47,695 bases of DNA, taken from NCBI GenBank assembly GCA_010093995.1, contig ML992502.1, positions 1,295,001 to 1,342,695 on the forward strand, in the 5' to 3' direction. Under the pieces are notes generated by a model. The model was not told where the DNA came from. It did not search any database and worked only from the letters and a program-made list of their open reading frames with translations. This stretch comes from Elsinoe ampelina. Taxonomy: Eukaryota. The position numbers and the translations under genes are program-made. Numbering within the stretch: position 1 is the first letter of the stretch; the number at the start of each line of letters is the position of its first letter. Shown here piece by piece: positions 1 to 11,338 of this stretch.

Positions 1-769
1 ATCATTCGTTGGATCTGGATTGATCGCATCTGGTGCCCATGACCCTTCCCACAGCCTGATCAACAAGTTAGTCATTCATCTCATGTTCGGTAAGTGGTAG
101 GTCTTACTTGTACAACACACGCAGATACTCATCTGCCTGGCGGTACCGCTCATCATGCTCAATAGGATTATCAAGACCGATAGCTTTGAATGCGGCCTTC
201 TTCCAGGATGTCACGATGTTCCAGCCTATACGGCCCTGTGCGAAATGGTCGAGGGTCGAGAATCGCTTTGCGAGCAAGAAGGGCGGCTCGAAGCTGGTGG
301 ACGAGGTGATACCGAAAGCAAGATTCTTCGTCACCGCGGCCATTGCTGAGATGGGCTGTATACAATATCAGTATTGCTATACAACAGACCTTCGACGTCC
401 ACTGCTCACAATGGTCGGATCCGTCACGGGCCACTGAGCTGCTCTTCGGATGCACTCGTCAAGACTTCCCTGGTAGGTATCGTAGCCTCCATACGTGTCT
501 GCCAGGAACAAGGCATTTATGCCTCCTCGTTCCAAGAGCTTCGCAAGATCGATCCAATACTCGAGTCGACGCTTGGTGGCGGATTTGTCCTTGGGGTTCT
601 ACAATGGTCAGCACATCGAGAAAGGGTGTATCGAGGGGCAATATACCTTCCACTGGCCGGGTGATAGGTGCCCGACGGTGGACATATCAAAGGCATTCAA
701 CAAGATCTGTTTCTTCTCAAGAACTCCATTCATTGAAGCTGCGCTGTTACGGTGACCATTGTCTGCCAT
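1..769 (-). CDS. DszA/NtaA/SnaA-family FMNH2-dependent (bacterial luciferase-like) monooxygenase, 5' part; continues beyond window start
   Basis: Manual splicing (ATG 769; GT-AG introns 646-599, 409-356, 107-56) gives MADNGH...ILLNAFDMSTVGHLSPGQWKNPKDKSATKRRLEYWIDLAKLLERGGINALFLADTYGGYD...QWPVTDPTIPISAMAAVTKNLAFGITSSTSFEPPFLLAKRFSTLDH...GRIGWNIVTSW...HDERYRQADEYLRVLYKLWEGSW, which carries the typical family motifs. Confidence 0.92.
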
Positions 770-1068
770 GGCTTTAGCTTGAAGTACTCTGCGTAAATAG
801 TCGACAACGGTATGGTCAATTCGAAATAATAGCTTGCAAAATCATACGCAGAAAGTGGCATTTAAGCTATACGGCTACTTTGCAGCATATCATGAGGACA
901 TACTCCTGGCGGATATAACCCACGGGCAAGCCATAAGTAGTCCATCGTATCAATACCAGACAACCAATCAGTGTGCAATGTTACTTGGGCAGTATCGGAG
1001 AACTCCTCTTCATGACCCCTCTCCGATGCTCGGATTGACATAGCTCACACAGTGATGTGGATGTAGGT

Positions 1069-1078
1069 ATGGCGCAAT
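1069..1078. promoter_or_regulatory. Candidate CYS-3/MetR (sulfur-regulon bZIP) site ATGGCGCAAT in the divergent promoter
   Basis: One mismatch from the Neurospora CYS-3 consensus ATGRYRYCAT; lies between the monooxygenase and the permease. Confidence 0.35.
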
Positions 1079-1460
1079 CCCAGCACAAAAGCATGAAATC
1101 CGCACCATGCTCCTCCCGCACTCACCACCTCACTTCCATTCACGCAAAACCCACCGCAGTCACGCCGGCAGCGGGGATCAAGTATCAGAAAGTATGAATG
1201 GTTCACTATCGAACTTACGTGGCCACCTACGAAACATCTCGCGACTCAATCCGTTCTCGCTGCTCGATGCTCATGAGTGAACGTGCATGCCTTGCGTGAT
1301 CCTCACCACATCTGATGCCCAAGCTAGCTCGGGAATAAGTCCGAAAGCTCTTCATGATACTACACTGCTCAAAAGGCACTCAAGTGCTGGGCCTTCATCC
1401 CATGCCCTACACACATCCATCTCCTATCACTACACATCAACCTACCAAACCTGAACCACC

Positions 1461-3057
1461 ATGGCCACCGTCCGCCAGCGTAAACACTGGTGGAAGATCC
1501 AATGGTTCGCCGACCGAGACACCCCTGAAGAGCGCAAGTTGATCCTCAAGCTGGACCTCCTGATCGTTCCCTATGCCTTCCTAGCGTACTGGATCAAGTA
1601 CATCGACCAAGCGAACATTAGTCAGTCTCCCATTTCCCCACAAGCCCTTCTCACCAATCCCACTGCAGTCTACCAGCTCCTTCGTCACCATACTCCTAGT
1701 AATTCCAGCCTAACATCTCGGTAGACAACGCCTACGTCTCCGGCCTCAAAGAAGACCTCAACTTCCAGGGCAACGAACTCGTCCGTCTCCAAACCATGTA
1801 CACCCTCGGCGCCGTCCTCGGCCAGATCCCGTGCCTGTTCCTCTTCACCCGCCTGCCCATGCACTGGACCATCCCCCTCATGGACGTGTTCTGGGGCGTT
1901 TTCACCCTGCTGCAGTTCAGGGTGCATTCGTTCGCTGAGCTAGCGGCATATAGGTTCCTGGTGGGGTGGTTCGAGGCGGGGTTTTTCCCGGCCGTGCATT
2001 GGGTCCTTGGCGAGTGTCGTCGTTGTGATGCTGGTGGACAAGGCGCTGACTTGCATTAGGCTCCTGGTATAGAGGCGATGAAATCGGTCGCCGAGGCGGG
2101 TTTTTCTATGTCGGGCTGACACTCGGTACGCTCACTGCGGGGCTGATTCAAGCCGGTGCTTCGTCCAACCTCGATGGTGTGCAGGGTCATGCCGGGTGGC
2201 GCTGGATGTACATCATCTGCGGCATCATCACCATCCCGGTCGGAGTGCTGGGGTACTTTGTCATCCCTGGGACGCCGGAGATGCCGAATAGGCTGGTGCT
2301 GAAGCAGGAGGATCTCGATCTGGCGGAGAGGAGGTTGAAGCGGGCTGGGCATGCGACGAAGGGGAAATTTACCTGGGGCACGCTGGGGCAGGTGGCGAGG
2401 ACGAGGAAGGTGTGGTTGTTGCTAGTGTTGGACGTCCTGTTTTGGAACGCGTCGATCAATACGAGTAGTGGGGGTTTCCTGTTGTGGTTGAAGAGTTTGG
2501 GGAGGCATAAGACTTCGAAGGTGAATGAGTTAGGGGCGATCGCGCCGGCCCTGGGAATCTTCTATACCTTGTTCATTTGCTTTGCTTCGGATCTGGTTCT
2601 GGGGCCGGCGTGGGCGATCATCACTGCCCACATTTGGAACAGCATCGGGCTGATCATCCTGGTGGTTTGGAACGTGCCGGAGCCCGCAAAATGGTTTGGC
2701 TTCGTTACGACCTACTCGGCCGTGGCCATGTCGAGTGTGCTGTATGGATGGGTGAACAGCGAGCTGGCGTTCTCTCCGGCCATTAGGGCGTTTACGCTGG
2801 TCTTGCTGAACACAATTTCGCAGTCGACGACAGCGTGGACGCCGCTCCTGGTCTTTAAGACCGTTGAAGGACCCAGATTCACGAAGGGCTACAGCTTCGT
2901 GCTTGGTAGCGCGATTGCATTGATGGCGACGGCATATGCTCTCAAGATCATCTTTGCCAGGCAAGCTTATCCCAAACCGGTGGACGAGGAAGAGAGTAGC
3001 GGATCGGGGACGCAGACACCAGCAGAAGTGCATGAGCTGCCAAAGTCTACAGTATAG
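1461..3057 (+). CDS. MFS permease, Dal5/allantoate family (Fen2/Liz1/Seo1-like)
   Basis: Exons 1461-1620, 1725-2009, 2060-3057. Motifs ERKLILKLDLLIVPY...YIDQANINNAYVSGLKEDL, RFLVGWFEAGFFP...LGSWYRGDEIGRR and GWRWMYIICGIITIP; many hydrophobic segments. Confidence 0.9.
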
Positions 3058-3172
3058 ATGCAAAATGGTTCGGTTCGTAATAGTCGTCATGATTACAACA
3101 TCTCCAAGTACATACCAGTGCGATGATTCAGGGGTGCAGCCGCCCGTGTAATGTCCAAAGTCCCATGGTAAT

Positions 3173-4368
3173 TTACAACTTCGCTTTGATATTGCCACCT
3201 GCATCCTGGATGGCGACACACACAACGACCGCAATGTCGTCGACTTTGCCGCCGTGGTAGTCCTCCCCAGGAAACCAACGGTGGACTTCCTTTGCGAAAG
3301 GCCCATCCCTCCTGGTGTCGAGACTAGCCACTTTGGCCTCTCTCATCACAGCATATGCCATCTGTCCAGCGAGGTCCTCGGATGGGTTCTTTGCAGGGAA
3401 GATAAGATTCCGTACGCTTGAATCGTTGACCGATCTGCTCCCTTCGATCCAATGGCCGGCCTTCTCCATTTGTACAGAGATGATTTGGAGCACCTCCATG
3501 GCGCTCAGGTTATCCCAGAGGCCATCAGTACCGAAGACGACCACATCGCCGTGGCTCAAATCGGTGTGAGATATGTCCGAGCGAGCCGGGGTATCCTGTA
3601 TGGTGACAGCGCCGCCAAATATCTTTTGCTGGCGTCGCATCTCAGGCGTGAGCTTCGACATTTGGAAAGGTGTGTTGAAGTTCGAGGTCTGCGGCTCCGA
3701 TTTGTATGATACTTTACCAGGAGAGAGTACCACGAATCCAGAGTCTCCAAGGCTGATGAGGGGTCAGCGAAATCGCAGTGTTCGTGCTGTCCCGTTACTC
3801 ACTTCGCTGCCTCCATGTAGCCACTTGAATCCGCCATGGCTACGGTGGCTGTTGAACCTCCGGCGGGAATCTTCTTGTCCGCCTGTACCAAATCATATGC
3901 TTTGCTGAGCAAATGAATGGGTCTCAAATCTTGGTCGGTTTCCGGATGCAGTGTTGCTTCTGCCATATATCTGCAAAGTCCATGGGCAAACGCGGCTGGG
4001 TTGACCCCTTGATCCTCCCACCCTCCTACTCCGTCGGCGACCGAGAAGGCGACCTGCGTCCTGCTCTTTGCTATATGTGCCATGAAGAAAGCATCTTGAC
4101 CCGAGAACTTCTCAATTGAAGTGAAGATGGAGGGATCTCTCTCCTCTACATCCCTCTGCGTCCAGAAATTCACTCCATGCTCGGCAGGCCGCAATTTGGT
4201 TCGCTTTCCAGACGAAGAAGCTGCTATATGGTATGAAAAGGGCGGAGTCTTTGCGTCGCTATAGCTGCGCCTGCCGCCATTATTGTGGTTGGCAACAGGA
4301 ATCGATGCTTGTCGGACTGGGATGCTCACCAGGGCATGCTGAGGCCGGACAAGCCAGGTGCGGAGCAT
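3173..4368 (-). CDS. PTC7: PP2C-family protein phosphatase, Ptc7/Azr1-like, probably mitochondrial
   Basis: Exons 4368-3803 and 3752-3173. Motifs GQDAFF, VADGVGGW, GGSTA, NLGDSGF (across the intron), FNTPFQMS, GTDGLWDN, GGKVDDI; Arg/Ser-rich presequence-like N-terminus. Confidence 0.9.
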
Positions 4369-4856
4369 TGAAGGCTTAAGGGAAGAATGGCGAGAAGGAT
4401 GAGAGTGAGCATCCCATTGGCGGTGTACAGAATACTCTCAACAATTTTTGGGCCGGGATTAAACAGTGACGTGGAGATGAAGGAGGTGAGGCAGTGGGAT
4501 AAAGTTTCGATGAGAGCATGCGGCTCTGCGCGAGGCTTCACGGGAGAACATGATGCGGCTCGGCGTCTCCCGAACCGACAAGGAACTTTTCTCATGTCAC
4601 CAACTATGATTCATGCAGCACCCCTGGATAAGATAATGCTACTCCGGGACCTGAAGCAAGTCTGAGGAACGATCTTGAGAACAGCGCAAATACCATACAT
4701 CACCGAAGACGGTGGCACAAGTGAAACCAAGTAGCTGCTTGGCCTCCTCCAAATCCATCGCAGGACAACACTGGAAGTTTTGAAATTATCATCGGAAGTG
4801 CCCAGTATCGTAGCCATACATCGATCTGGGCCTTTTGAGGCCAGGCCACAGCAGTC

Positions 4857-6383
4857 ATGGCCATGCATCCATCCCGGCAGGCTTATGTGGAGGAGGACCA
4901 GGAGATGACCTACGATCTGACAAATGTACCAACGGACACTGACTACCACTTGCCGGCGGGCAGTGGCGAATCGAGCAAAGTCTCGGAGGTCCTGGCAGAA
5001 ATGAGCCGGAAACGCGCAGCAGCGGCTATAGCTGTCCCAACAGACGATGGTCACGTGCGGCGAAAGCTGCGCGAGATGAATGAGCCCATGACTTTGTTCG
5101 GAGAGCGACCAGAAGATCGCCGTGATCGATTACGGAAGCACATGTACGAACAACAGCAGGGCGCCAACGGAGATGTCGATATGGATGAGGCGGAGGAAGA
5201 AGCCGATGACTCGAATCAGGAATTCTACACAACTGGAACGCAGGAATTGCTCGAAGCAAGAAAGGCGATGGCACAGTTCTCGTTACCAAGAGCGAAACGA
5301 CGGGTGGATTATCAGAAGCTGGAATCAGGTATCCCACTTAAAAAGCACGTCGACCACAGGAATGTCGTAAGAGAGCGGCTAGGTGGCTTCGAACTATTCG
5401 GCTCGCAAATCGCTGGCGATCGGCCTGTTAGTATGGCTAGATTCGCGCCGAGCGGAGAGATGGTGGCGGCGGGCAATTGGGGAGGTACAATCAGGTTACT
5501 CGATGTACCCAACCTGGACGAGAAGATGGTACTTCGAGGCCACACGTCACAAGTGAGCGGGATATCGTGGTTTCCAGGGGCCACTCTCCCGGACTCTACC
5601 ACCTCGAAAGACAGTCTGAACTTGGCATCCGGTGGTGGTGAAGGACATGTAAATCTATGGTCACTTACACAAGACACTCCAATGGCGACACTGGAAGGTC
5701 ATTCTGGGAGAGTATGCAGAGTTGAGTTCCACCCGTCTGGGCGATATCTTGCTTCAGCTTCCTACGACACAACATGGCGACTTTGGGACGTTGAGACGAC
5801 GACTGAACTCTTGCTACAAGAAGGGCATTCGAGAGAGGCATTCGCGATCGCATTCAACCAAGATGGATCCCTAGTGGTCACAGGAGGTCTAGACAGCATC
5901 GCATGTTTGTGGGACGTCAGGACTGGCCGACGTGTCTTGACTCTGGAAAGTCACATTGCGCCGATCTACGCATTGGACTGGAGTGTGGACGGATATCGGA
6001 TCATGACAGGATCAGGGGATGGCTTCGCAAAGTGCTGGGACATTCGAGCCATGCGAGAGACGGCATCGATAGGTGCCCACAGAGGTGGTGTCACGGACTT
6101 GAGATGGTACAAAGGACTGGATGGGCCAGTGAACTGGAATCCTGAGGATTCAATGTCGGATGAACTGTCACCACGCAAAGCTGGCTCGTTCTTCGTGTCT
6201 AGCGGCTTCGACAAGAACGTCAACATCTTCTCGTCGGATGATTGGGTGCTTTGCAAGAGCCTGACAGGCCACAGCGGTAATGTCTTGTCCGTGGATACTA
6301 CCAGCGACGCAAAGTGGATTGTCAGCTCTGGGTATGATAGGACGGTCAAGTTGTGGGCACGTGATGATATGGAAGGTCTATGA
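4857..6383 (+). CDS. PRP4: U4/U6 snRNP WD40 splicing factor Prp4
   Basis: Intronless 508 aa ORF with the PRP4 motif (VPTDDGHVRRKLREMNEPMTLFGERPEDRRDRLR) followed by WD40 repeats. Confidence 0.93.
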   Translation: MAMHPSRQAYVEEDQEMTYDLTNVPTDTDYHLPAGSGESSKVSEVLAEMSRKRAAAAIAVPTDDGHVRRKLREMNEPMTLFGERPEDRRDRLRKHMYEQQQGANGDVDMDEAEEEADDSNQEFYTTGTQELLEARKAMAQFSLPRAKRRVDYQKLESGIPLKKHVDHRNVVRERLGGFELFGSQIAGDRPVSMARFAPSGEMVAAGNWGGTIRLLDVPNLDEKMVLRGHTSQVSGISWFPGATLPDSTTSKDSLNLASGGGEGHVNLWSLTQDTPMATLEGHSGRVCRVEFHPSGRYLASASYDTTWRLWDVETTTELLLQEGHSREAFAIAFNQDGSLVVTGGLDSIACLWDVRTGRRVLTLESHIAPIYALDWSVDGYRIMTGSGDGFAKCWDIRAMRETASIGAHRGGVTDLRWYKGLDGPVNWNPEDSMSDELSPRKAGSFFVSSGFDKNVNIFSSDDWVLCKSLTGHSGNVLSVDTTSDAKWIVSSGYDRTVKLWARDDMEGL

Positions 6384-6852
6384 GATGCAAATGGTTAGTA
6401 GCTTCCGCCTGTCGAGATACCCAAATAGCCTATGAGAAAACCCTTCTGGTAGTATATTGTAGAGCTTGATTGCCGTTCTGCATTGATCGACATGCCGGGA
6501 CTGATCTTGTCCTGGAAAACAGATTGACCAAACATGCACCCCGTCATTTAACCGACGCTAGAGGTCAGAGAGTGACGTCGGTGCCGATTTTTGTTAAACT
6601 TTTTCTCCACATCCCCCCGCAATCACCCCCCGATGCACAACAATCCTTCTGCGTGTGTATGCCTGGCAACGACAGCCTCTCTTCAATGCCGACAAGTCCG
6701 AATAGTGTGATTTTCTTGCTACACAACCCCACTCGCCATGTCAACCAGACCCTGGTAAGTTCTTTGTAGCTTGCATGTATAGTCTTCTGATGAACGGCTT
6801 CCCTCTGTCCTTCCCGTTCCTTTTCAATAGAGCACCCATGACAGCCTACACA

Positions 6853-8508
6853 ATGGGCAAGACAAATCTCTTTACACTGCTGTCACTGGCGACGGCGGTC
6901 AATGCAGCTCTTGATTGCACAAACGAGGCTTTCGCGCCGCTCCTGCCTTCGAATGCTCGTATTGTACAGACCGCGAGACTAGCCGAGAATTCAACCTTCC
7001 AGGTCCCATCCAGCAACATTGCTTATCCAAGATCCCCGGTTGGTCTGCCAGCTCTTTGTGCAGTACAGGTCAACGTCATCTCGAGCAATTCGTCCGCCTA
7101 TGAGTTTGGCCTCTTCCTACCAGACAAATGGAACAACCGCTTCATCGCAGTCGGCAATGGCGGATTCGCAGGAGGTATAAATTGGCTTGATGTTGGACAG
7201 GTCGTCCGCTATGGCTTCGCTTCCATGTCGACCGACACCGGACATAACTCCACATCCGGTGATGGGACCTGGGCACTGAATGCCGAAGAGAAGAAGAACG
7301 ACTGGGGCTACCGTTCGCTTCACGGCTCCGTCGTCATCGCAAAGCAGCTCACCGAAGCCTTCTACGACTGCGCGCCATCCTACAACTACTACAGCGGTTG
7401 CTCGACCGGCGGTCGTCAAGGGCTCCGTGATCTCCAACTGTACCCCGAAGACTTCGACGGAGTCCTCGCTGGCGCCCCTGCTTGGTGGACCTACCGCCTC
7501 CAGACCTGGACCGTCAAAGCCGGCACCTACAACCTCCCCGCCGACGGACCCAACCGCATCCCTCCCTCGTTCTTCCCCATCCTCGAACGCGAAATCCTCC
7601 GCCAATGCGACGCCCAAGACGGCCTCCGCGACACCATTATCTCCGACCCCCGCCGCTGCAACCTCTTCTTCGACACACTCCTCTGCGGCCCCAACAACAC
7701 CAACACTACCACCTGCCTCACCGCCCCGCAACTCCAAACCCTCACCAACATCTACACCGACTACATCGAAACCAACCAAACCTTCATCTTCCCCCGCGTC
7801 GAGCCCGGCTCCGAAGCCACCTTCCAAGTCCTCTTCGGCGGCACCTCTCCCAACCCACTCGGCCTCCAATACGTGCAATACTTCCTCCTCAACGACCCCA
7901 CCTGGACATACGACCAATTCTCCCTCGCCACGGTCCAACTCGCCGAGTCCGTCGACCCAGGCAACGCAACAGCCGACGACTTCGACTTACGCCCGTTCAA
8001 ATCCCGCGGCGGCAAACTTCTCATGTACCACGGCCACGCGGACAGTTTCATCTCGTCGGGCTCGAGCAGGGTGTTTTACGAAAACGTCCACCGCGCTTTG
8101 TACCCCTCGGAAGGAGGGTTGGACGACTTCTTCCGCCTGTTCTACGTGCCGGGCATGTTGCACTGCGGGGGCACGAGCCCTTTGGCGTCGGCGCCGTGGT
8201 ACTTTGCCGGCGCGGGGCAGGCGGCGAGTCTGCTCGAGGACGGGGTGTACAGTGTGCCGGGCTTCGAGGACGCGAGGCATGACGCGTTGCTTGCGCTGAT
8301 GGAGTGGACGGAGGAGGGGAGGGCGCCGGAGGAGTTGGTCGCGACGAGGTGGAGGGAGGATACCGTTGCGTTGGGGGTGGAGAGGCAGAGGCCGGTTTGT
8401 GTGTTCCCGAAGCAGGCGAGGTTTAGGGGAGGGGATGCGGATGAGGCGGGGAGTTGGGAGTGTGCCGAGTTGAGTAAAGGGTGGAGAGTGCAGGGTGGTA
8501 GTCACTAG
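6853..8508 (+). CDS. Secreted tannase/feruloyl esterase family protein
   Basis: Signal peptide MGKTNLFTLLSLATAVNA from ATG 6853. GNGGFAG, catalytic GCSTGG, YHGHAD and PGMLHC (CS-D-HC motif). The ORF track starts at an upstream in-frame ATG (6775). Confidence 0.92.
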   Translation: MGKTNLFTLLSLATAVNAALDCTNEAFAPLLPSNARIVQTARLAENSTFQVPSSNIAYPRSPVGLPALCAVQVNVISSNSSAYEFGLFLPDKWNNRFIAVGNGGFAGGINWLDVGQVVRYGFASMSTDTGHNSTSGDGTWALNAEEKKNDWGYRSLHGSVVIAKQLTEAFYDCAPSYNYYSGCSTGGRQGLRDLQLYPEDFDGVLAGAPAWWTYRLQTWTVKAGTYNLPADGPNRIPPSFFPILEREILRQCDAQDGLRDTIISDPRRCNLFFDTLLCGPNNTNTTTCLTAPQLQTLTNIYTDYIETNQTFIFPRVEPGSEATFQVLFGGTSPNPLGLQYVQYFLLNDPTWTYDQFSLATVQLAESVDPGNATADDFDLRPFKSRGGKLLMYHGHADSFISSGSSRVFYENVHRALYPSEGGLDDFFRLFYVPGMLHCGGTSPLASAPWYFAGAGQAASLLEDGVYSVPGFEDARHDALLALMEWTEEGRAPEELVATRWREDTVALGVERQRPVCVFPKQARFRGGDADEAGSWECAELSKGWRVQGGSH

Positions 8509-8603
8509 CAATAGAGGTTGGAATGAGCAGATGCACAGGATGCTGGTAACCAGAGGGTGGGGTAGATAGCTTGGGCATAAGGAGACTGCACATGGATCTG
8601 TCG

Positions 8604-10152
8604 TTACTTCTTCGCCAGCGTCATGGCCGCGATCACCGCCGCTCCGACACCACTTCCGTCCTCCGCGCTGGTCAGCTTGATCGGCTGCTCTCCCCCTTTC
8701 CAATCCAGGATCTCTCCTAGCGCTTGAGCCCACCTAGCTTTGAACCGCGGATGCTTGTTCGCCACGCTTCCATCGGCGGCTACGTTCCCCTCCTTTGTGT
8801 CGGTCATGGTGCAGATGGCGGCAACGCCACACGCGCACAGCCTCGCGCCTCGAGTGGCAATAGCAATGGCGAGGCGCAGGAGCTTCTTCATGTCAGACTC
8901 CGAGACGGAGACTTCGAAGTCTTTCTTCAGCAAGTTTCGTGACTCTGTGAGGGCAGGCGATGCATCGTCTTCGATGGCCGACAGGACGGCTGTGTCAAGG
9001 GCGTAGGGCGTCGTGCCCAGCTTTTTGGATGCGAGATTCTGGTCCGGTAGGAACTTGTGCTTCTGGTGTAGATCCAACAGGGCCAGGCGGAAGATCTCGC
9101 CTAGGTACAAGCCGGCAGAGAGTTTCTCGAAGCGTTGCTCGCCAGGGCGTGGGGAGTCGGCGTCGATTTGCTTGTCGTATGGTGTACAAGGAAGAACTTG
9201 GAGGGAAGCGTCAAAGGCACCGTACTCGCAGTTGATGGCCATAGGAGTATCTTGAGGTAGAGACTTGGCAGTAGGGTGAGAGGCGAGCTTGGGTATGCGG
9301 GACAGGCGCTCCATGTAGGCGGCGTTGCAGCCGGTGCCGAAGATGGCGCCGATGATGGTGGCGGGGTCGTTGTAGGCTGAGGCGATCATGGCTCCGGTGG
9401 TGTCATTCACGATGGCTATGAGGTGGACAGGAAGAGACTATGTCGTGGTCAGCACGGAATGAGAGAAAGGTCCTACCAGACCTACTCTTTCTTGAAGCGC
9501 CTTGACAAGCTAGTCGCCTACATCTTCACCTTCGACACCTTTGACGTCCCATCCCTTGGTCCACGTTTGAAGTTTGCCGTGATCAATCGATGACTGGGAT
9601 AGAGGATATGAGAAGGTGAAGCTGAGTTGCAGTGGCTTGTCCTTCGAACCCTCAAGCTCCTGGTCGTCAATGAATGCTTTCAAACTATCAGCAATGAATG
9701 ACCAGAGTTTCTCAGCAGTCCCGGTCTTGATGTCATCGGGTAAGCGGTAGCTGTGTTGTTCGATCTTGTGACCTCCTCGCTCGCCTGTGAGAGTGATCCA
9801 GCAGATGCGTATGTTTGTGCCGCCGAGGTCGATGGTCAGGAAAGACCCCTTCTCCTTGCCAGATGGGAATCCATGGACCCATGTCTCATTCATAGGCTGT
9901 ACGGATTAATCTTCAATAGGATCTGTTAGTACGGGAAGACGGACAATGTTTTGACCCTGTGATTGCAGTCCTACTTGCATCAGCTTTTGGTACATTTTGA
10001 TGTTATGACTTACCATCTTGCAATTCTTTAATGAATCGCTTCGATATCTGCTTCAATTTCGCCGAGTCAACATGGAATAAATCTTCCAGTTTCTCAATCT
10101 CGTTGCTTATGTGGCTTTCAATGCCGGTAGTTGGAGAGTCCTGTCTCGTCAT
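8604..10152 (-). pseudogene. Hexokinase gene with one in-frame TAG at 9512-9510 (recent pseudogene, recoded gene or sequencing error)
   Basis: Exons 10152-10014, 9970-9945, 9896-9486, 9437-8604. Intact motifs DLGGTN, FTFSYP, WTKG, NDTTG, GTGCNAAY, INCEYGAFD, EKLSAGLYLGE, DGSV, EDGSGVGAA. Exon 3 reads GEDVGD*LVKALQER. Confidence 0.8.
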
Positions 10153-10423
10153 GTCGTCTAGCTGTAGTCGTCGTGGCTATTTGAGAGGAAGGAAACATAC
10201 AATACTTACAGCTGAAACAACACATCACCTACCACCGGCAGCACCAGGCCCGATTCTATGAGCCCACGGCCAGAACATGTCATTGATGATCGGTAATGAA
10301 GAAGTGACGTCGGTAGAGGGGGCGATGGGGGCCTTCATCTGACTCCGGCAGCGCGAAAAGGTGGGGCAAACACGTCCGAGATCAGATCTGCATCTTGCTC
10401 TCCTTGCCATCTCACCTCCAATC

Positions 10424-11158
10424 ATGACATCTTCATCCTTACTCCGTCTACCTGCAGAGCTGCGGAGACACATCTACCAGCTTGTCGGCATTGGCTCACA
10501 CGCGCAGAGTGATGGCTTGGAGTTGGTAGTACTGGAAAACTGGCGAATACCAAATACGCTCAAACTCAACAGTGAGATCACTTACGATGTTCTGAAATGC
10601 TTCCCCAACCTGTGTTTCGGTGTACACGTCCGATGGCCGCCAGGAAGAGGGCCCGAGCCGCACGATTACCTATCGGACGAAGTGCTGGTATGGCTCGAGG
10701 ATATGGCCCGAAATGGCAAAGGCATCTGGAGGCTACAAGTCGTCGCGCCGCCTCTCCTGCAGTTTCGATGGACATGCGGCCCGACAGGCATCGGTGTCAA
10801 ACAACTTGACCTGTCAGACCTCCAAATGCCAGACGAGATTTACTACCAGGCAAAGCTACCCGACTGTGGTCTCTCGTACGAGGTTGTTCGACTGACTGCC
10901 ACGCATGGGGTGATACGGGAACTGCTCACGAGCTTGCAGGGCGAATGCCAGACAGGATTTCAGCTGAAACATATCCAGCTTATTGCGGAAGCGGCGTACA
11001 GATTCGAGACGGAGCTGAAGGATATGATGAAGGCCAAAGATGTTGTTGATGATCGTCCTCCTGCCTTTGGGTTGTTTGCTATGTCTAGCTTGACCACTTG
11101 GGATGGTCCGTATCGGAACCCCGACGATGCGGATGAGCGGAACACTTCATCTTATTAG
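10424..11158 (+). CDS. Hypothetical protein with an N-terminal F-box-like motif
   Basis: ATG 10424; SSLLRLPAELRRHIYQLV matches the LLxLPxElRxxIY motif common in Pezizomycotina F-box-like proteins. Confidence 0.7.
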   Translation: MTSSSLLRLPAELRRHIYQLVGIGSHAQSDGLELVVLENWRIPNTLKLNSEITYDVLKCFPNLCFGVHVRWPPGRGPEPHDYLSDEVLVWLEDMARNGKGIWRLQVVAPPLLQFRWTCGPTGIGVKQLDLSDLQMPDEIYYQAKLPDCGLSYEVVRLTATHGVIRELLTSLQGECQTGFQLKHIQLIAEAAYRFETELKDMMKAKDVVDDRPPAFGLFAMSSLTTWDGPYRNPDDADERNTSSY

Positions 11159-11332
11159 TGTCGTATCAATGTATAATATCCATGAAGAGAGATCATGGTA
11201 AGTTACGCCACCTTTCAGCAGGGTAAGTCTGCGGAACTACCAGAGTGTATGGGAAAAGCTCATTGATACAGGAAGCAATGATTGTGGAGACATATGTTGG
11301 TGACAAACCTGGTAGTCACGGGACAGGGAGAG

Positions 11333-11338
11333 ACGCGT
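11333..11338. promoter_or_regulatory. MCB-like element ACGCGT upstream of the 11534 gene
   Basis: Exact ACGCGT about 200 bp upstream of the ATG, with a further ACGCG core at 11359. Confidence 0.3.

Noticed and set aside
2530..3306. 258-aa antisense ORF over the MFS and PTC7 3' ends
   Set aside because: No motifs; explained as an antisense shadow.
7117..8733. Several long overlapping ORFs (339, 266, 273, 248 aa) across the tannase gene
   Set aside because: Low-complexity P/S/T/R shadows produced by the extreme C/G codon skew; no domain motifs.
9923..9944. TACTAACAG early in hexokinase intron 2, as a mini-intron or stwintron
   Set aside because: A 22-nt intron is too short, and its removal does not create a new donor.
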